Counted from the stretch's first letter, positions 20,138 to 30,452 are shown. The stretch: DNA of 64,000 bases from Marinilabiliaceae bacterium (GCA_016933045.1 JAFGBR010000021.1:24886-88885); one strand, 5' to 3'. A program made the numbers and translations. Notes: generated by a model not told the origin, from the letters alone.

Positions 20138-20908
20138 ATGATTATAGACACACATTCGCATATTTATCTTGAACAATTTGATGAGGATAGGGATGAGGTA
20201 GTTGAAAATGCTTTAAGCGAAGGAGTGAACAATATTTTATTGCCTAATATAGATAATGAAACAATAATACGATTACATGAGGTAGAAAAAAAGTATATAA
20301 ATTGTTTCGCCATGATGGGTTTACACCCAACTTCAATTAATGAAAAATATATAAATCAACTTAATGAAATAGAAAAGTGGTTATTTTCCCGTTCTTATAT
20401 TGGGGTAGGCGAAATAGGTATTGATCTGTATTGGGATAAAACATTTATTAAAGAGCAGATTGAAGCTTTTAGACAACAAATTATTTGGGCAAAACAATTA
20501 AATTTGCCAATAGTAATTCATTGTCGCGATGCTTTTAAAGAAGTTTTTTCGGTGATTGATGAATTACACGACGATAAACTAAAAGGTGTTTTTCATAGTT
20601 TTAGTGGTGAACTTGATGATCTGTTACATATACAACACTATCAATCGTTCAAAATTGGTATAAATGGAGTTGTAACATTTAAAAAATCAAATCTCCCGGA
20701 TATTTTGAAACATGTCGATCCTCACTTTTTAGTTGTTGAAACAGATGCCCCCTATTTATCACCTGTACCTTTTCGAGGAAAAAGAAACCAACCTGCGTAT
20801 TTGAATCATATTATTAATAAACTGGTTGAAATATATGGTGTTGAGAAATATTCAATTGAAAAGGTGATTTATGAAAATTCAATAGAAATATTTGATTTAA
20901 AACGTTAG
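20138..20908 (+). CDS. TatD-family metal-dependent hydrolase
   Basis: 256 aa with IDTHSHI, GEIGIDLYW, IHCRDA and ETDAPYL. Confidence 0.88.
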   Translation: MIIDTHSHIYLEQFDEDRDEVVENALSEGVNNILLPNIDNETIIRLHEVEKKYINCFAMMGLHPTSINEKYINQLNEIEKWLFSRSYIGVGEIGIDLYWDKTFIKEQIEAFRQQIIWAKQLNLPIVIHCRDAFKEVFSVIDELHDDKLKGVFHSFSGELDDLLHIQHYQSFKIGINGVVTFKKSNLPDILKHVDPHFLVVETDAPYLSPVPFRGKRNQPAYLNHIINKLVEIYGVEKYSIEKVIYENSIEIFDLKR

Positions 20909-20910
20909 AT

Positions 20911-21933
20911 GTGTCGAAAAGTAAAGTTTTGGTAATATATACAGGGGGGACAATTGGTATGGTTCGCGACCCGGAAACCGGTTCGTTGGTTCCATTCGAT
21001 TTTGAACATATATTAGATAAGGTTCCTGAATTAAAGCAGTTCGATTTTGGTATTGATACTATTTCGTTCGATCCTATAATCGACTCATCAAATATGACAC
21101 CCGAAATATGGATCAGGTTAGTAGAAATAATTGAGTCAAATTACCATGAATATAGTGGTTTTGTAATACTACACGGAACGGATACCATGGCCTATACAGC
21201 GAGTGCTTTAAGTTTTATGCTGCACAATTTGGAAAAACCTGTTGTTTTTACAGGTAGTCAATTGCCAATGGGAATGATTAGAACAGATGGGAAGGAAAAT
21301 TTGATTACAGCCATTGAAATTGCTGCCGATAGAAAAGATAATATGGCCCAGGTTCCTGAAGTTTGTGTTTTTTTTCAGGATAAACTTTACAGGGGTAATA
21401 GGACAACAAAGTATAATGCAGAAAATTTCAGAGCATTTCGTTCTGATAATTATCCACCATTGGCAGAAATAGGTTTGCATATAAAATATAATTATCCATT
21501 TATAAGGTATCGCACAATGAAAGAAGTGTTTTTTGTATCGAAAAAAATGGATAACAGGGTAGCACTTTTGAAAATATTTCCTGGGATATCTGAAAGTATG
21601 GTTCGTGCAATTTTCGAAATAGAAGGAGTAAGGGCTGTGGTAATGGAAACATTTGGGTCGGGAAATGCACCTAATGCCTCATGGTTTATCGATTTAGTAA
21701 AGCAGGCAGTAGATAAAGGAGTTATTATTTTAAATGTAACCCAGTGTTTGGCAGGTAGTGTCGAAATGTGGCGATACGAAACAGGAGTAAAGTTAGAACA
21801 GTTAGGTGTTGTGAATGGATATGACTTAACAACAGAAGCTGCAATAACCAAAATGATGTTTTTATTGGGTAGAGAAACTTCGATAACTCAAATTAAAAGA
21901 AAACTAAATAAATCGTTGCGAGGCGAAATATAG
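20911..21933 (+). CDS. ansA: type I (cytoplasmic) L-asparaginase
   Basis: GTG start. VLVIYTGGTIGM and HGTDTMAYTA catalytic motifs. Confidence 0.88.
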   Translation: MSKSKVLVIYTGGTIGMVRDPETGSLVPFDFEHILDKVPELKQFDFGIDTISFDPIIDSSNMTPEIWIRLVEIIESNYHEYSGFVILHGTDTMAYTASALSFMLHNLEKPVVFTGSQLPMGMIRTDGKENLITAIEIAADRKDNMAQVPEVCVFFQDKLYRGNRTTKYNAENFRAFRSDNYPPLAEIGLHIKYNYPFIRYRTMKEVFFVSKKMDNRVALLKIFPGISESMVRAIFEIEGVRAVVMETFGSGNAPNASWFIDLVKQAVDKGVIILNVTQCLAGSVEMWRYETGVKLEQLGVVNGYDLTTEAAITKMMFLLGRETSITQIKRKLNKSLRGEI

Positions 21934-22110
21934 ATTTGTTAACATTTTTATTTGAAAATTTTTTTATAATTTGCAGGCCTGAAAAATGAGCCATTTAATA
22001 AAGTTATTCTATTGGTTGTTTTTTTGAAACTTAAAATAAATAAGTAATTTTACTTAGATAAGCGAGAATTATTTAAAGTATTGATAAACTAATACAAATC
22101 AAATTTTTTA

Positions 22111-22965
22111 ATGATTATGAAAAAGCTATTTGCGTTATTTGCTTTAATTGGAATGCTTTTGATAGGCACGTCAAATGTGTTTGCACAGGATGCAGAGCCT
22201 GCTGATGATGCTGCTGCTACAATGGTTGATGAAAGTGAAACTGTTGAAGGGCAGGATGAATTAACAGAGGAAGTTGCTACTGCAGATGAAGCTTCGGAAG
22301 AAGCTGCTGCTACAACTGAAGAAGCTCCTGTTGGAATACACAAAATACTTAAAACTAAATTTATTGAGGGTGGAGCTTTGTTTATGAGCTTTGTATTAGT
22401 TGCCCTTATTTTAGGTTTGGCTTTATGTATCGAAAGAATAATTTATTTGAATTTAGCTACTACTAATACTAAGAAGCTTCTTCAAAACATTGAGAATGCT
22501 TTGAACGATGGTGGTGTGGAAGCAGCAAAAGAAGTTTGTCGTAATACACGTGGTCCGGTAGCTTCAATTTTCTATCAAGGATTAGATCGTGTAGATGAAG
22601 GTGTTGAAGTTGTTGAGAAATCAGTTATTTCTTATGGATCTGTTCAAATGGGATTGTTGGAGAAGGGATTAACCTGGATTTCACTTTTCATTGCATTGGC
22701 TCCAATGCTTGGATTCATGGGAACTGTAATAGGTATGATTGACGCTTTTGACAAAATTCAGTCAATGGGTGAAATTTCAGCCGGAGCAGTTGCAGGAGGT
22801 ATTAAAGTGGCGTTGATTACTACATTATTCGGTTTGATAGTTGCTATCATTCTTCAGGTATTTTATAACTATTTGGTTTCAAAAATCGATGGTATCGTAA
22901 ATACAATGGAAGATGCATCAATTTCGCTACTGGATATTTTGGTAAAATATAACTTGAAAAAGTAA
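22111..22965 (+). CDS. exbB: MotA/TolQ/ExbB proton-channel protein with acidic N-terminal periplasmic extension
   Basis: 284 aa. Signal peptide, a D/E/A-rich stretch, then a TolQ/ExbB core (APMLGFMGTVIGMI...TTLFGLIVAI). Confidence 0.85.
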   Translation: MIMKKLFALFALIGMLLIGTSNVFAQDAEPADDAAATMVDESETVEGQDELTEEVATADEASEEAAATTEEAPVGIHKILKTKFIEGGALFMSFVLVALILGLALCIERIIYLNLATTNTKKLLQNIENALNDGGVEAAKEVCRNTRGPVASIFYQGLDRVDEGVEVVEKSVISYGSVQMGLLEKGLTWISLFIALAPMLGFMGTVIGMIDAFDKIQSMGEISAGAVAGGIKVALITTLFGLIVAIILQVFYNYLVSKIDGIVNTMEDASISLLDILVKYNLKK

Positions 22966-22973
22966 TAACTGAT

Positions 22974-23420
22974 ATGACTAAGTTATCAATAATATTAAAT
23001 TATGTATTGTTTGGGCTAATTCTAATCACGCTGGTCATTATGGCTTTGTTTTATTTTGGCGGTGAGTTAGAAGGAGCTGCAAACCCAACACCTTTATATT
23101 ACGAAAACTCATTAAACTGGAGTATTATACTTATTGTTATTGCTTCTGTTGCAACAATTGGATTTGAAATATATAATATGATTTTACATCCAAAAAATGC
23201 AATTCGAACATTAACATCAATGGGATTGTTAATAGCAGTTTTTGTTGTATCGTATCTTTTTTCTGATGGTACTCCATTGAAAATTGTTGGATATGAAGGT
23301 TCTGATAATGTTCCATCGGTTTTAATAACAACCGATACAATGGTAATAGGTACATATATTTTATTTGGCGTAGCTGTATTTTCGATTTTGTATATCGAAA
23401 TATCCCGATTGTTTAAATAA
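22974..23420 (+). CDS. small integral membrane protein (4 predicted TM helices), ExbB-ExbD cluster associated
   Basis: 148 aa and hydrophobic. 8-nt gap after exbB. No family recognised. Confidence 0.5.
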   Translation: MTKLSIILNYVLFGLILITLVIMALFYFGGELEGAANPTPLYYENSLNWSIILIVIASVATIGFEIYNMILHPKNAIRTLTSMGLLIAVFVVSYLFSDGTPLKIVGYEGSDNVPSVLITTDTMVIGTYILFGVAVFSILYIEISRLFK

Positions 23421-23462
23421 TCTGTTTTGCAGTTACTCACTAAATAATAAATTTTAATTTAT

Positions 23463-24035
23463 ATGGCAAGAAGAGAAGTACAGGAAGTTAATGCAGGGTC
23501 AATGGCGGATATCGCTTTCCTACTGTTGGTCTTCTTCCTTATGACCACTACAATGGATACTGATACAGGTCTGGGTAGGCAATTGCCACCTCCAGTGCCT
23601 GAAAATGAACCGGAACCACCACCGGTAAAAGAACGAAATGTTTTCGTGGTGCTTCTGAACAGTAATAATCAATTGTTAGTTCAAGGTCAGTATATGGAAA
23701 TATCTCAGTTAAAAGAAGCTGCAAAGGAGTTTATTGAAAACAGAACCAATGCCGAGAATAAACCTGAGAAGAAAGATACTGAAGTTCCTTTATTTGGATT
23801 ATATCCGGTTAGTAGAGCTGTAATATCGCTTCAAAACGATAGAGGAACTCAATATCAGGCGTATTTGTCGGTTCAAAATGAATTGCAGTTAGCATATAAT
23901 GAACTGAGAAATGAGTTGTCGAAGAGTAAGTTTGGTAAAGAATATAGTGAGTTGGAAGAAGAAGAGCAAGATGCAGTAAAGACGATTTACCAACAAAGAA
24001 TTTCGGAGGCTGAACCAAAGAATATTGGGAACTAA
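23463..24035 (+). CDS. exbD: ExbD/TolR biopolymer transport protein
   Basis: 190 aa. N-terminal NAGSMADIAFLLLVFFLMTT is the typical ExbD TM segment. Confidence 0.8.
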   Translation: MARREVQEVNAGSMADIAFLLLVFFLMTTTMDTDTGLGRQLPPPVPENEPEPPPVKERNVFVVLLNSNNQLLVQGQYMEISQLKEAAKEFIENRTNAENKPEKKDTEVPLFGLYPVSRAVISLQNDRGTQYQAYLSVQNELQLAYNELRNELSKSKFGKEYSELEEEEQDAVKTIYQQRISEAEPKNIGN

Positions 24036-24050
24036 TAAAATATCGGAATA

Positions 24051-24521
24051 ATGGCTAAATTTAAGAAGAAAAAGAAAGGTGGTCAACAAGCCATCAATAC
24101 AGCATCGTTGCCCGATATTGTGTTTATGTTGTTATTCTTTTTTATGGTTAGTACAACTATGAAAGAGGTAACTATGAAAGTTCAAGCAAGAAAACCTTCG
24201 GCAACAGAAATTGAAAAGTTAGAAAAGAAATCGTTGGTTACTTATATTTATGTAGGTGTGCCAATGCGACAGTATCAAAGTGTTTTTGGTACAGAGCCAC
24301 GCATTCAGCTTAATGATGCTTTTGCAAGTGTAGATGATATACAAAGTTATATTGCGCAGGAGCGAGAAGCAATGGCAGAACAAGATCGACCAAAGATGAC
24401 GGTTTCTATTAAAGCTGATAAGGAATGCCCTATGGGAATTATTACAGATATTAAACAGTCGCTACGTAAAGCGCAGGCTTTAAAAATAAATTATTCGGCT
24501 GTTAAAGGATCTAAAGAATAA
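24051..24521 (+). CDS. exbD: ExbD/TolR biopolymer transport protein (second copy)
   Basis: 156 aa with INTASLPDIVFMLLFFFMVSTT. Confidence 0.8.
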   Translation: MAKFKKKKKGGQQAINTASLPDIVFMLLFFFMVSTTMKEVTMKVQARKPSATEIEKLEKKSLVTYIYVGVPMRQYQSVFGTEPRIQLNDAFASVDDIQSYIAQEREAMAEQDRPKMTVSIKADKECPMGIITDIKQSLRKAQALKINYSAVKGSKE

Positions 24522-24540
24522 TATCTTTCGGTAATGAAAT

Positions 24541-24568
24541 AAAAAAAGGGGCTTTTGCCCCTTTTTTT
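24541..24568. terminator. Rho-independent (bidirectional-looking) terminator
   Basis: A7-GGGGC-TTTT-GCCCC-T7. Confidence 0.8.
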
Positions 24569-24616
24569 ATTTGTTAAAACAAAGCATTTTTAGCAGCTTT
24601 ATAGTAAAATTTAATT

Positions 24617-25927
24617 GTGAATATTATGAATATTAACAACGGTAGTAGACTTATACTTTTATTAATTATAGTTGTATTAACAAGTGTTAGTTGTTTAACT
24701 CCTAATTTAAACAGAAATGACAAGCCACAAGAGTTTGTTTTTACAAACAAATCAATAGATTTTGATAAAGATCGTTTAAACAGAATTGATTCTTTTTTGA
24801 ATAAGCAAATTATTGAAGGTGTTTTGCCCAATGCAGTAACATTTGTTGTTAAAAATGGTGCTGTTGTTCATCATAAAGCTTATGGGTTTAAAAATATTCA
24901 GGACGGAATAGCATTAAAGAAAGATGATATATTTAGAATTGCTTCGCAAACAAAAGCTATTGTTAGTGTTGCATTGATGACGTTATATGAAGAAGGTCAG
25001 TTTTTATTGGATGATCCTGTAAGTATGTATATTCCTGAGTTTGCAGATATGACAGTTTTGGATCAGTTTAACCCTGAAGATACAACTTACACATCTACTC
25101 CTGCAAGGCGTCAAATTACAATCAGACATTTGCTTACTCATACATCCGGCATTCACTATGGAATTTTAGGGGGTGGGGTTGGTAGTATGATGTATGCTAA
25201 AGAGGGCATTCCTGCTGTAAATTCGTTAGATTCGGTAACCGTTGAACAAGTTGTTAAAAAAATTGCCCAAATGCCATTGATGTTTGAACCGGGTACAAAG
25301 TTTATGTATGGTATGAATACTGACGTAATTGGCTATTTAATTGAGGTGTTATCGGGAAAAAAACTCGATGCTTTTGTTGCTGATAATGTTCTTATTCCAT
25401 TGGGAATGAAAGATTCGCATTTTTATTTACCAGAGAATAAAAAAGACCGTTTAGTTACATTGTATTCATCTTCGTCTAATGGTTCAGTTTTAAATACTAA
25501 TGATTCCTATCAGAATTACCCTATTGCAGGAGCACGTATGTTTTTGTCGGGAGGTGCAGGTTTGTGTGGAACAATAGAAGATTATGCAAAATTTTGTCAA
25601 ATGTTGCTTAACGGTGGAGAGTTTAATAATCGACGAGTATTGAGTCGTAAAACAGTTGATTTAATGACTTGTAATCAAATTGGCGATTTGTCTATTAATA
25701 ATAGGGGGAATAAATTTGGATTGGGATTTGAAATATACAGTAAAAATGGGGCATCGTCGCACTTAAGTAGTGAAGGAGCTTATAAATGGGGTGGTATGTA
25801 TTATACCGACTATTTAATTGATCCATCTGAAAAGCTGATTTTTCTTTTTTATACAAATATTCAGCCTTATAGAGGTATTAATATTCATCAAACCTATCAT
25901 AATTTGGTGTATCAGTCGTTAAATTAG
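24617..25927 (+). CDS. serine hydrolase, beta-lactamase/transpeptidase-like (class C-related)
   Basis: 436 aa. Signal/lipoprotein-like N-terminus and an SxxK motif (ASQTKAI). The ATG at 26 nt 24626 is an alternative start. Confidence 0.8.
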   Translation: MNIMNINNGSRLILLLIIVVLTSVSCLTPNLNRNDKPQEFVFTNKSIDFDKDRLNRIDSFLNKQIIEGVLPNAVTFVVKNGAVVHHKAYGFKNIQDGIALKKDDIFRIASQTKAIVSVALMTLYEEGQFLLDDPVSMYIPEFADMTVLDQFNPEDTTYTSTPARRQITIRHLLTHTSGIHYGILGGGVGSMMYAKEGIPAVNSLDSVTVEQVVKKIAQMPLMFEPGTKFMYGMNTDVIGYLIEVLSGKKLDAFVADNVLIPLGMKDSHFYLPENKKDRLVTLYSSSSNGSVLNTNDSYQNYPIAGARMFLSGGAGLCGTIEDYAKFCQMLLNGGEFNNRRVLSRKTVDLMTCNQIGDLSINNRGNKFGLGFEIYSKNGASSHLSSEGAYKWGGMYYTDYLIDPSEKLIFLFYTNIQPYRGINIHQTYHNLVYQSLN

Positions 25928-25933
25928 TATTGA

Positions 25934-28396
25934 TTATTGAGGGTCAACATCTATTTGAATAATTACTGATCGGTATGTTGGTTGTGCTAAAAGAGAATTA
26001 ATAGCCGATTGAATATACTCTTTCGACTTAGCAGGCGACGCTTTGCGCTCAATTTTAATTAATATTTGTTGAATGTGAAGGTTCTGAATTTTACTTATTA
26101 TTGGCGATTGTGGGCCTAGAACACGATTGCCAAAAATTGATTTAAGTGCCAAAGATAGGTTGTGTGATGCTTTTTTTGCGACAATGTCATTTTTGTGTTT
26201 AACATTGATATTAATTAGCCGATAGAAAGGTGGGTATTTAAAAATATTTCTCTCTTCGATTTGTTGAGAGTAAAGCAGGTCGAAGTTATTTTGAACAACT
26301 TGTTGTATAACAGGGTGATTGGGGTCGGTAGTTTGTAGTATTACAGTTCCTCTTTTCGATTTGCGGCCGGCTCTTCCGCTTACCTGTGATAATAGTTGAA
26401 AGCTTCGTTCAAATGCTCTGAAATCAGGGAAGTTGAGCATCAAATCGGCATCTAGTATGCCAACCAGGCTAACATTGTCGAAATGAAGGCCTTTTGAAAT
26501 CATTTGAGTTCCTATTAGAATGTCTATATGATTGTTTTCAAATTCATGTATAATTTTTTCATGGGCTTTTTTTGTTCTGGCAGTATCAATATCCATTCTT
26601 CCGATTTTAGCTTCGGGGAAAAATAATTTAATCTCTTCTTCAATTTTTTCAGTTCCAAAGCCTCTTGTTTCGAGTGCTGGTGCTCCGCAGGCAATGCAGG
26701 TGTTTGGTAATGACATGCTGTAACCGCAATAGTGACAAGTTAGATGATTACTTTTTTTATGATAAGTCATACTAACATCGCAGTTTTTGCATTTAGGAAT
26801 GGTAGCACACTCTTTACATTCGATGTATGGAGCAAAACCTCTTCTGTTTTGAAATAAAATAATCTGTTCGTTGTTATCAAGTGCCAATTTGATTTGTTCG
26901 ATAAGGAGAGGGGTGAAGTGCGATTGCATCTGTTTTTTCCGTTTTGCTTCGCGAATGTTTGCAATGCGAATTTCGGGTAGTTGAATGCCTTGATGTCTGG
27001 ATTTGAGAGTTGTTAATCCGTATTTTCCGGTTTGAGAGTTATAGTAACTTTCAATTGAGGGTGTAGCAGTTCCCAGTATTACTTTGGCTTTATGAATGCC
27101 GGCCAAAACAATTGCAGCATCTCTGGCGTGGTAACGAGGTGCAGGGTCGTATTGTTTATACGATGTTTCGTGTTCTTCATCAACAATAATCAATGAGAGT
27201 TTTGTAAATGGAAGGAAAATAGAAGAACGGGCTCCTAAAATTATCATGTAATCATTTTTTTTGAGTAAATTTTGCCATAGTTCTACTCGTTCCGAATCGC
27301 TGTATTTCGAATGATATATTCCAAGTTTGTTACCAAAATGTTGTTTTAATCGAGAAGTAATTTGAGTAGTTAATGCAATTTCGGGGAGAAGATACAGAAC
27401 CTGGTTTCCTTTGTCAATTTGTTCCTGAATAAGATGTATGTATATTTCTGTTTTCCCGCTTGACGTAACACCGTGAAGTAATACAGTATTTTTTTCTGTT
27501 AGTTGATTTTTTATACTGTTTAGAGCTAGCGATTGTTCGATAGAAAGTGATTTTACATCTTTTGTGATTATTGTTTTATTGTTCAATCGATCAACTTCTT
27601 CATGTTCCTGAATTAGAATTTCTTTCTTTATTAATTCGTTTAAAGCTGTAGTTTTGTTACCGCATTTTTCGACTAATACAGTTTTATCAATAGCTCCATC
27701 TGAAAATAGTTTTTTAAAACCAACAATAGAAATAAAAGCCATCAATGTATCGAGTTGTTTTGGAGCTTTATTTAATTCGTTAAAAACATTTTTTAGTTTT
27801 GTTTCGTTATTTATTTTGACTCCCGGTTTAATAATGGTTTTGTATTTTGGTTTATAATTTTGCTTTAGCTCTTCGTTGATGTAAATCAGTTCATGGTTGA
27901 TTAGTTTGTTTATGATTAATAATGGCTGATTAATATCGCAATTTTTCTGAATGTCGGATATTGAACAATTTTTTTTCGACTTAATGTAATCCAGTACCAG
28001 TAATTCCTTTTCTTTTAATTTTATTTCAATGTTGGATGATTCGTTTATTGAAACACGGGTTTCACTTTCTAGTTTTAGCCCAGAAGGTAATGCAGCTTTA
28101 TATACTTCTCCTATTGAACATTGATAATATTCTGCCATCCAAAACCAAAACTTAATTTGGGATTCGCAGACAACAGGTGATTCGTCTAATACTGAAATAA
28201 TCTCTTTTGTTTGATATGCAGTAGGTTCGTTATTGTGGATATATGTAATAATACCGGAATAAAATTTTTTACGGCCGAATGGAACAATTACGCGTTTTCC
28301 TATTTTAATGTCGGGCAAAAATGATTCGGGTACATTATATGTAAAAAGCTGAGGTATTGGAATAGGTAAAATAATATCAATAAAAAGGGTTTTCAT
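25934..28396 (-). CDS. priA: primosomal protein N' (replication restart helicase)
   Basis: 820 aa with Walker A GVTSSGKTE, DEEH box and the Cys-rich zinc insertion (CKEC...CKNC...CHYC...CIAC). Confidence 0.92.
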   Translation of the reverse strand: MKTLFIDIILPIPIPQLFTYNVPESFLPDIKIGKRVIVPFGRKKFYSGIITYIHNNEPTAYQTKEIISVLDESPVVCESQIKFWFWMAEYYQCSIGEVYKAALPSGLKLESETRVSINESSNIEIKLKEKELLVLDYIKSKKNCSISDIQKNCDINQPLLIINKLINHELIYINEELKQNYKPKYKTIIKPGVKINNETKLKNVFNELNKAPKQLDTLMAFISIVGFKKLFSDGAIDKTVLVEKCGNKTTALNELIKKEILIQEHEEVDRLNNKTIITKDVKSLSIEQSLALNSIKNQLTEKNTVLLHGVTSSGKTEIYIHLIQEQIDKGNQVLYLLPEIALTTQITSRLKQHFGNKLGIYHSKYSDSERVELWQNLLKKNDYMIILGARSSIFLPFTKLSLIIVDEEHETSYKQYDPAPRYHARDAAIVLAGIHKAKVILGTATPSIESYYNSQTGKYGLTTLKSRHQGIQLPEIRIANIREAKRKKQMQSHFTPLLIEQIKLALDNNEQIILFQNRRGFAPYIECKECATIPKCKNCDVSMTYHKKSNHLTCHYCGYSMSLPNTCIACGAPALETRGFGTEKIEEEIKLFFPEAKIGRMDIDTARTKKAHEKIIHEFENNHIDILIGTQMISKGLHFDNVSLVGILDADLMLNFPDFRAFERSFQLLSQVSGRAGRKSKRGTVILQTTDPNHPVIQQVVQNNFDLLYSQQIEERNIFKYPPFYRLININVKHKNDIVAKKASHNLSLALKSIFGNRVLGPQSPIISKIQNLHIQQILIKIERKASPAKSKEYIQSAINSLLAQPTYRSVIIQIDVDPQ

Positions 28397-28546
28397 ACGA
28401 TTTAATGAACAGTAAAGATATAAAACACTTATTAAAACTTGCTGATAAACATATATCTTTCGTTTTAATTGTTTAATGTACTTATTGATAGTTGATTGAT
28501 TATTTACAATGAAAATGTTATATCAAAATATACGTGTTATTACTTT

Positions 28547-28554
28547 TACGTTTG
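28547..28554 (+). promoter_or_regulatory. -7 promoter box TACGTTTG
   Basis: TAnnTTTG match in the priA-divergent intergenic region, upstream of the 28628 ATG. Confidence 0.4.
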
Positions 28555-28569
28555 TCAAATATGAAAATA

Positions 28570-28595
28570 TTAACACAAAATTTGCATTGTGTTAA
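28570..28595. promoter_or_regulatory. perfect 9-bp inverted repeat TTAACACAA-N8-TTGTGTTAA (operator candidate)
   Basis: Arms at 28570-28578 and 28587-28595, starting 16 nt downstream of the -7 box. The right arm is part of a 10-mer repeated at 29385-29394. Confidence 0.35.
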
Positions 28596-28627
28596 ATTTT
28601 TTAGCTCCAAAATGCTATAATTTGGTC

Positions 28628-29335
28628 ATGTTAACTAAAAATCGGTCGATTATGGAAGCAATCAATGTTGGTAACTATAATCAAATCAATAATGTTTTGA
28701 TTAGTCAAGGACTGGATAATCATCTTGTTACATTGTTATTAGAGCAAAGTGCTAAACCTGAAAAATTTTACTTAACGGGATTTGAAACTGTAGCTTTTAA
28801 TAAAGATAAACGATTTGCATTGTCAACAGTATTGTCGTCAATGTTATTGTTTGATAAGGAGCTTTTGATAGTTAAAACAGGTATCGATAGTTGTCAGGTT
28901 ATTGATTTGTGTGATGAGTTAGGATTATTATCTCAGAGTGTTGAATGGTTATTGTTGGAAAGAGATATAAATTATTTGGGTTTGTATTTAAAGCAAAATA
29001 AGTCAATATCGCATTTGGTAATTTGTGAAGAGATTTTGCAAAGGTGGTCGTTTGATGATATAAAAAGAGTTGGTGAAATTGCAATGAATGTGGGTGTTGA
29101 TGTGGTTTTTGTGTGTTCAGGAAAGCCCTTTTCTATAGAAAAAATGTCGGATGCTGGTATTTCATATATGGTTAGTTTGTCTTTTGACGAGACAAAAGAT
29201 TCATTAGTAGTAGCATTGCGTTCGAAATTGGTTCAGGTAGAAGGACGAAGTAAAACTCAATTGTTCGATTTGCATCATTATTGGCAGCGAACCTTAACCA
29301 TGCGTGATAAGATAATTGAGCCAATGGCTGTTTAA
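28628..29335 (+). CDS. hypothetical protein, truncated/degenerate class-V (PhnW/AGXT-like) aminotransferase fold
   Basis: The track ORF 28589 (GTG) overlaps the operator palindrome; ATG 28628 or 28652 is more likely. By eye it is collinear with the central part of fold-type I aminotransferases (…DKELLIVKTG…, ISHLVICEE…, VDVVFVCSGKPF…, LFDLHHYWQ). It is only about 230 aa and the canonical motifs are not intact. Confidence 0.35.
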   Translation: MLTKNRSIMEAINVGNYNQINNVLISQGLDNHLVTLLLEQSAKPEKFYLTGFETVAFNKDKRFALSTVLSSMLLFDKELLIVKTGIDSCQVIDLCDELGLLSQSVEWLLLERDINYLGLYLKQNKSISHLVICEEILQRWSFDDIKRVGEIAMNVGVDVVFVCSGKPFSIEKMSDAGISYMVSLSFDETKDSLVVALRSKLVQVEGRSKTQLFDLHHYWQRTLTMRDKIIEPMAV

Positions 29336-29491
29336 GAATTATTAACCTTGGAGTGTTCAATACAATTTTTTAATAAAAAATTATCATTGTGTTATCGTAA
29401 TTAATTTATTGTGTAGTTAATCTTGTATCATTGATTTAAGAAGAAATTGGTTCTTCGTTTTATATGATGATGGATAATTACAAGATTAAAT

Positions 29492-30424
29492 ATGATTGAA
29501 ACCATTATTACACCAGTTTGCCGTGATTTAATACAACGTGATATTGCATTTTTAAAAAATAGTGGGAGTTTACTTTTTTCAAGATCGAATTATGAGGTTT
29601 ATTTAGCTCGAAAAAGTCAGATTCCATCAATTATGACAGAGCTGGGGAGGCTTAGGGAAATTTCGTATAGGGAGGTTGGTGAAGGAACAAATAAATGTAT
29701 AGATACAGATTTGTACGATAATTATTATCTGCATTTATTTGTGTACGATGCAAATAATCATAACATTGTTGGGGCTTACCGTCTTGGTTTGGGTGATGAG
29801 ATACTTAAAAATAGAGGGAAACAAGGGTTTTATATTTCATCGTTGTTTTCATTGGGTTTGGAAATTGATAAGTATTTGTCGCAATGTTTAGAATTAGGTC
29901 GATCTTTTGTTGTATCGGAATATCAGCAAAAACCAATGCCTTTGTTTTTGTTGTGGAAAGGTATTTTACATTTTCTGAGAGAGAATAAGAAATATCGGTT
30001 TTTAATAGGCCCGCTAAGTATTAGTAATGATTTATCATCTTTTTCAAAAGATATTTTGGTAGAGTTTGTGTACCGTTATCATTATAGGTTTGATCTTGCG
30101 CAACATGTAAAATCGAGTTATCTCTATGAGGTAAAATCCAATAAATATCAGGTTGAAGAAATTCTTGATGTTATAGGTTCTGATTTTTGGAAATTAGATA
30201 AGTTTATTGGAGCTACAGAGAAATCGGGAATGAGAGTTCCGGTGTTATTAAAGCAGTATTTAAAACAAAATGCAAAAATAATGGCATTTAATATTGATCC
30301 AAATTTTAATAATAGTTTGGATGCTTTAATGATGTTGGATTTGAATGATGTTCCACCAGAAACATTTTCTTTTTTAAATTGGAATAGAGAAGTTAGTGTT
30401 ATAGAAGCAAATGCTGTTGCATAG
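29492..30424 (+). CDS. GNAT-family N-acyltransferase, OlsB/GlsB-like (amino-acid lipid synthesis family)
   Basis: 310 aa. ELGRLREISYREVGEGT...DTDLYDNYYLHLFVYD...IVGAYRLG is typical of the Acetyltransf_5 / OlsB-like family. Confidence 0.7.
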   Translation: MIETIITPVCRDLIQRDIAFLKNSGSLLFSRSNYEVYLARKSQIPSIMTELGRLREISYREVGEGTNKCIDTDLYDNYYLHLFVYDANNHNIVGAYRLGLGDEILKNRGKQGFYISSLFSLGLEIDKYLSQCLELGRSFVVSEYQQKPMPLFLLWKGILHFLRENKKYRFLIGPLSISNDLSSFSKDILVEFVYRYHYRFDLAQHVKSSYLYEVKSNKYQVEEILDVIGSDFWKLDKFIGATEKSGMRVPVLLKQYLKQNAKIMAFNIDPNFNNSLDALMMLDLNDVPPETFSFLNWNREVSVIEANAVA

Positions 30425-30452
30425 ACTTTTTATGTAAATTTGAGTTTATATT

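Noticed and set aside
22089-22343. 84-aa minus-strand ORF rich in Ser/Ala, overlapping the exbB 5' end.
   Set aside because: It is the mirror image of the acidic/Ala-rich N-terminal extension of ExbB (GAA/GCT repeats read in reverse). It is a composition artefact.
29364-29382. AT-only inverted repeat AATTTTTTA-A-TAAAAAATT between the two genes at 28.6-30.4 kb.
   Set aside because: It is made purely of A/T in an AT-rich spacer. It would form a very weak hairpin and is likely to arise by chance.
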